From Halorientalis salina (GTDB lineage Archaea > Halobacteriota > Halobacteria > Halobacteriales > Haloarculaceae): a DNA stretch of 24,000 bases. Shown here piece by piece: positions 22,628 through 24,000 of this stretch (position 1 is its first letter; the number at the start of each line of letters is the position of its first letter). The position numbers and the translations under genes are program-made. The notes below the pieces were generated by a model. The model made no database searches and was not told the origin of the DNA. It was given only the letters and a program-made list of their open reading frames with translations. The stretch lies in assembly GCF_005049285.1 (NCBI RefSeq), contig NZ_SOSC01000010.1, positions 69,662 to 93,661 on the forward strand, in the 5' to 3' direction.

Positions 22628-23947
22628 ATGGTAGACCTCGTGGCCTCGGTCGGCCGACTGCTCGCGGCGCTGTTTCTGGTGGTTCTCAACGGCTTTTTCG
22701 TCGCCTCGGAGTTCGCCCTCGTTCGAGTCCGGTCGACGGCCGTCGATCGAATGGTCGAGGAGGGGCGGAGAGGAGCGACGACCCTGCAGGATGCACTGGG
22801 GAATCTCGACGACTACCTGGCCGCGACCCAGCTCGGGATCACGATCGCGTCGCTGGGACTGGGGTGGATCGGCGAACCGGCCGTCGCCGCGCTGATCGAA
22901 CCGGTGTTGGCACCCGTGGTTCCGGCGGGAACGCTCCACCTCATCGCGCTCGTGATCGGGTTCAGTACCGTCACCTTCCTGCACGTCGTCTTCGGGGAGC
23001 TGGCACCCAAGACCGTCGCGATCGCGGAAGCCGAGCGACTCGCCCTCCGGATAGCCCCGCCGATGAAGCTCTTCTATTACCTGTTCCTGCCGGGCCTGTT
23101 CGTGTTCAACGGGGCCGCCAACTGGTTCACGAGCCTGATCGGCGTCCCGCCGGCCTCCGAAACCGAGGAGACGCTCTCCGAAGAGGAGATCCGACTAATC
23201 TTGAGCCGGGCCGGCCAGGAGGGACACGTCGACGCCGGTGAAGTGGACATGATCGAGCAGGTCTTCGAGCTCGACGACGTCACCGCTCGCCAGGTGATGG
23301 TTCCACAGCCGAACGTCGTGACGGTGCCGGCCGACGCGAGCTTTTCGGCGTTGCGGACGCTCGTCGTCGACAGGGGTCACACCCGGTATCCGGTCGTCGA
23401 CGGCGAGGCGGGCGACGAGGTGGTGGGCTACCTCGACGTCAAGGACGTCCTGCGAGCGAGCGAGAGCGGCGACACCGCCGATATCACGGCGGCTGATCTC
23501 GCGCGGGAGGTCCCGATGGTGCCCGAGACGACGTCCGTCGACGACCTCCTCGCCGAGTTCCAGTCGAGCGAACGCCAGCTCGCCGCAGTCATCGACGAGT
23601 GGGGGACGCTGGAGGGAATCGCGACCGTCGAAGACGTCGTCGAGGTCGTCGTCGGCGACATCCGCGACGGGTTCGACGACCGCACGCCCGAACCATCGGT
23701 CGAGCGCCGGGCCGACGGCACGTACGTCGCCGACGGCGCGCTCCCCCTCGCGCAAGCCAACGACGTTCTGGATGCAGTCTTCGAGAGCGACTCCTACAGT
23801 TCGCTCGGCGGGCTCGTGTTCGACCGCCTCGGCCATCCCCCCAACGTCGGCGACACGATCACGACCGACGGCTACCGGCTGGAAGTCGAGGCCGTCGACG
23901 GTGCACGGGTCGAGACGGTCGGGATACGGCCCCCGTCGGACGAGTGA
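22628..23947 (+). CDS. CNNM/HlyC/CorC-family transporter (DUF21 TM domain + CBS pair + CorC_HlyC C-terminal domain)
   Basis: LNGFFVASEFALVRVR and LAATQLGITIASLGLGWIGEP form the DUF21 signature. The CBS region contains VMVPQPNVVTV...HTRYPVV. The C-terminus GYRLEVEAVDGARVETVGIRP is the CorC_HlyC type. Internal ATG of ORF 22511..23947. Confidence 0.9.
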   Translation: MVDLVASVGRLLAALFLVVLNGFFVASEFALVRVRSTAVDRMVEEGRRGATTLQDALGNLDDYLAATQLGITIASLGLGWIGEPAVAALIEPVLAPVVPAGTLHLIALVIGFSTVTFLHVVFGELAPKTVAIAEAERLALRIAPPMKLFYYLFLPGLFVFNGAANWFTSLIGVPPASETEETLSEEEIRLILSRAGQEGHVDAGEVDMIEQVFELDDVTARQVMVPQPNVVTVPADASFSALRTLVVDRGHTRYPVVDGEAGDEVVGYLDVKDVLRASESGDTADITAADLAREVPMVPETTSVDDLLAEFQSSERQLAAVIDEWGTLEGIATVEDVVEVVVGDIRDGFDDRTPEPSVERRADGTYVADGALPLAQANDVLDAVFESDSYSSLGGLVFDRLGHPPNVGDTITTDGYRLEVEAVDGARVETVGIRPPSDE

Positions 23948-24000
23948 TGAAGGGGCCGTGACCGGATTCCGTCACCACCCGAACCCGACGGGGTCCGTCG

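Noticed and set aside
1-24000. Searched the intergenic spacers for tRNA/rRNA genes, CRISPR repeat-spacer periodicity, and transposase, integrase or terminal inverted repeats of mobile elements.
   Set aside because: All spacers are under ~230 bp and none shows cloverleaf-compatible GC-rich stems of tRNA size or regularly spaced direct repeats. No ORF has transposase or integrase motifs. The only tandem structures are the paralog gene array and the intragenic repeats reported above.

Overview
High-GC sequence whose predicted proteins are strongly acidic, which fits a haloarchaeal (class Halobacteria) chromosomal segment. I saw no rRNA, tRNA, CRISPR array, transposase or integrase. Housekeeping genes: hisS, truA, serS, tsr3, grpE, a PDCD5-like DNA-binding protein, a PP-loop ATPase, a cation/H+ antiporter with an RCK domain, a Bcp-type peroxiredoxin fusion, an MBL hydrolase and a CNNM/CorC-type transporter. 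Two signal-transduction loci sit among them and are the most interesting part of the window. (A) 7131-10635, + strand: a soluble methyl-accepting transducer with no TM segments and no recognisable sensor domain. Its acidic C-terminal tail carries three copies of an 11-residue Trp motif ([LI]-[AS]-W-D-D-A-x-V-H-D-G). Four tandem paralogous genes follow at a ~460-bp period, encoding small acidic proteins with a STAS/SpoIIAA-like sequence layout. (B) 12256-18091, - strand: a bacteriorhodopsin-fold 7TM protein in which the retinal Schiff-base lysine is His and the counterion and pocket Trp residues are also replaced. It lies directly upstream of an HtrII-like transducer with two TM segments and a Cache-like domain. 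Next come a lid-less Hsp70 paralog with a C2H2-like zinc-finger insertion at the NBD-SBD junction, and a zinc-ribbon membrane protein with a ~115-residue Gln/Gly/Pro-rich domain. Product calls rest on my reading of the ORF-track translations and on established family motifs; no database search was run. Start codons were chosen by family-typical N-termini and are often uncertain by some tens of bases.
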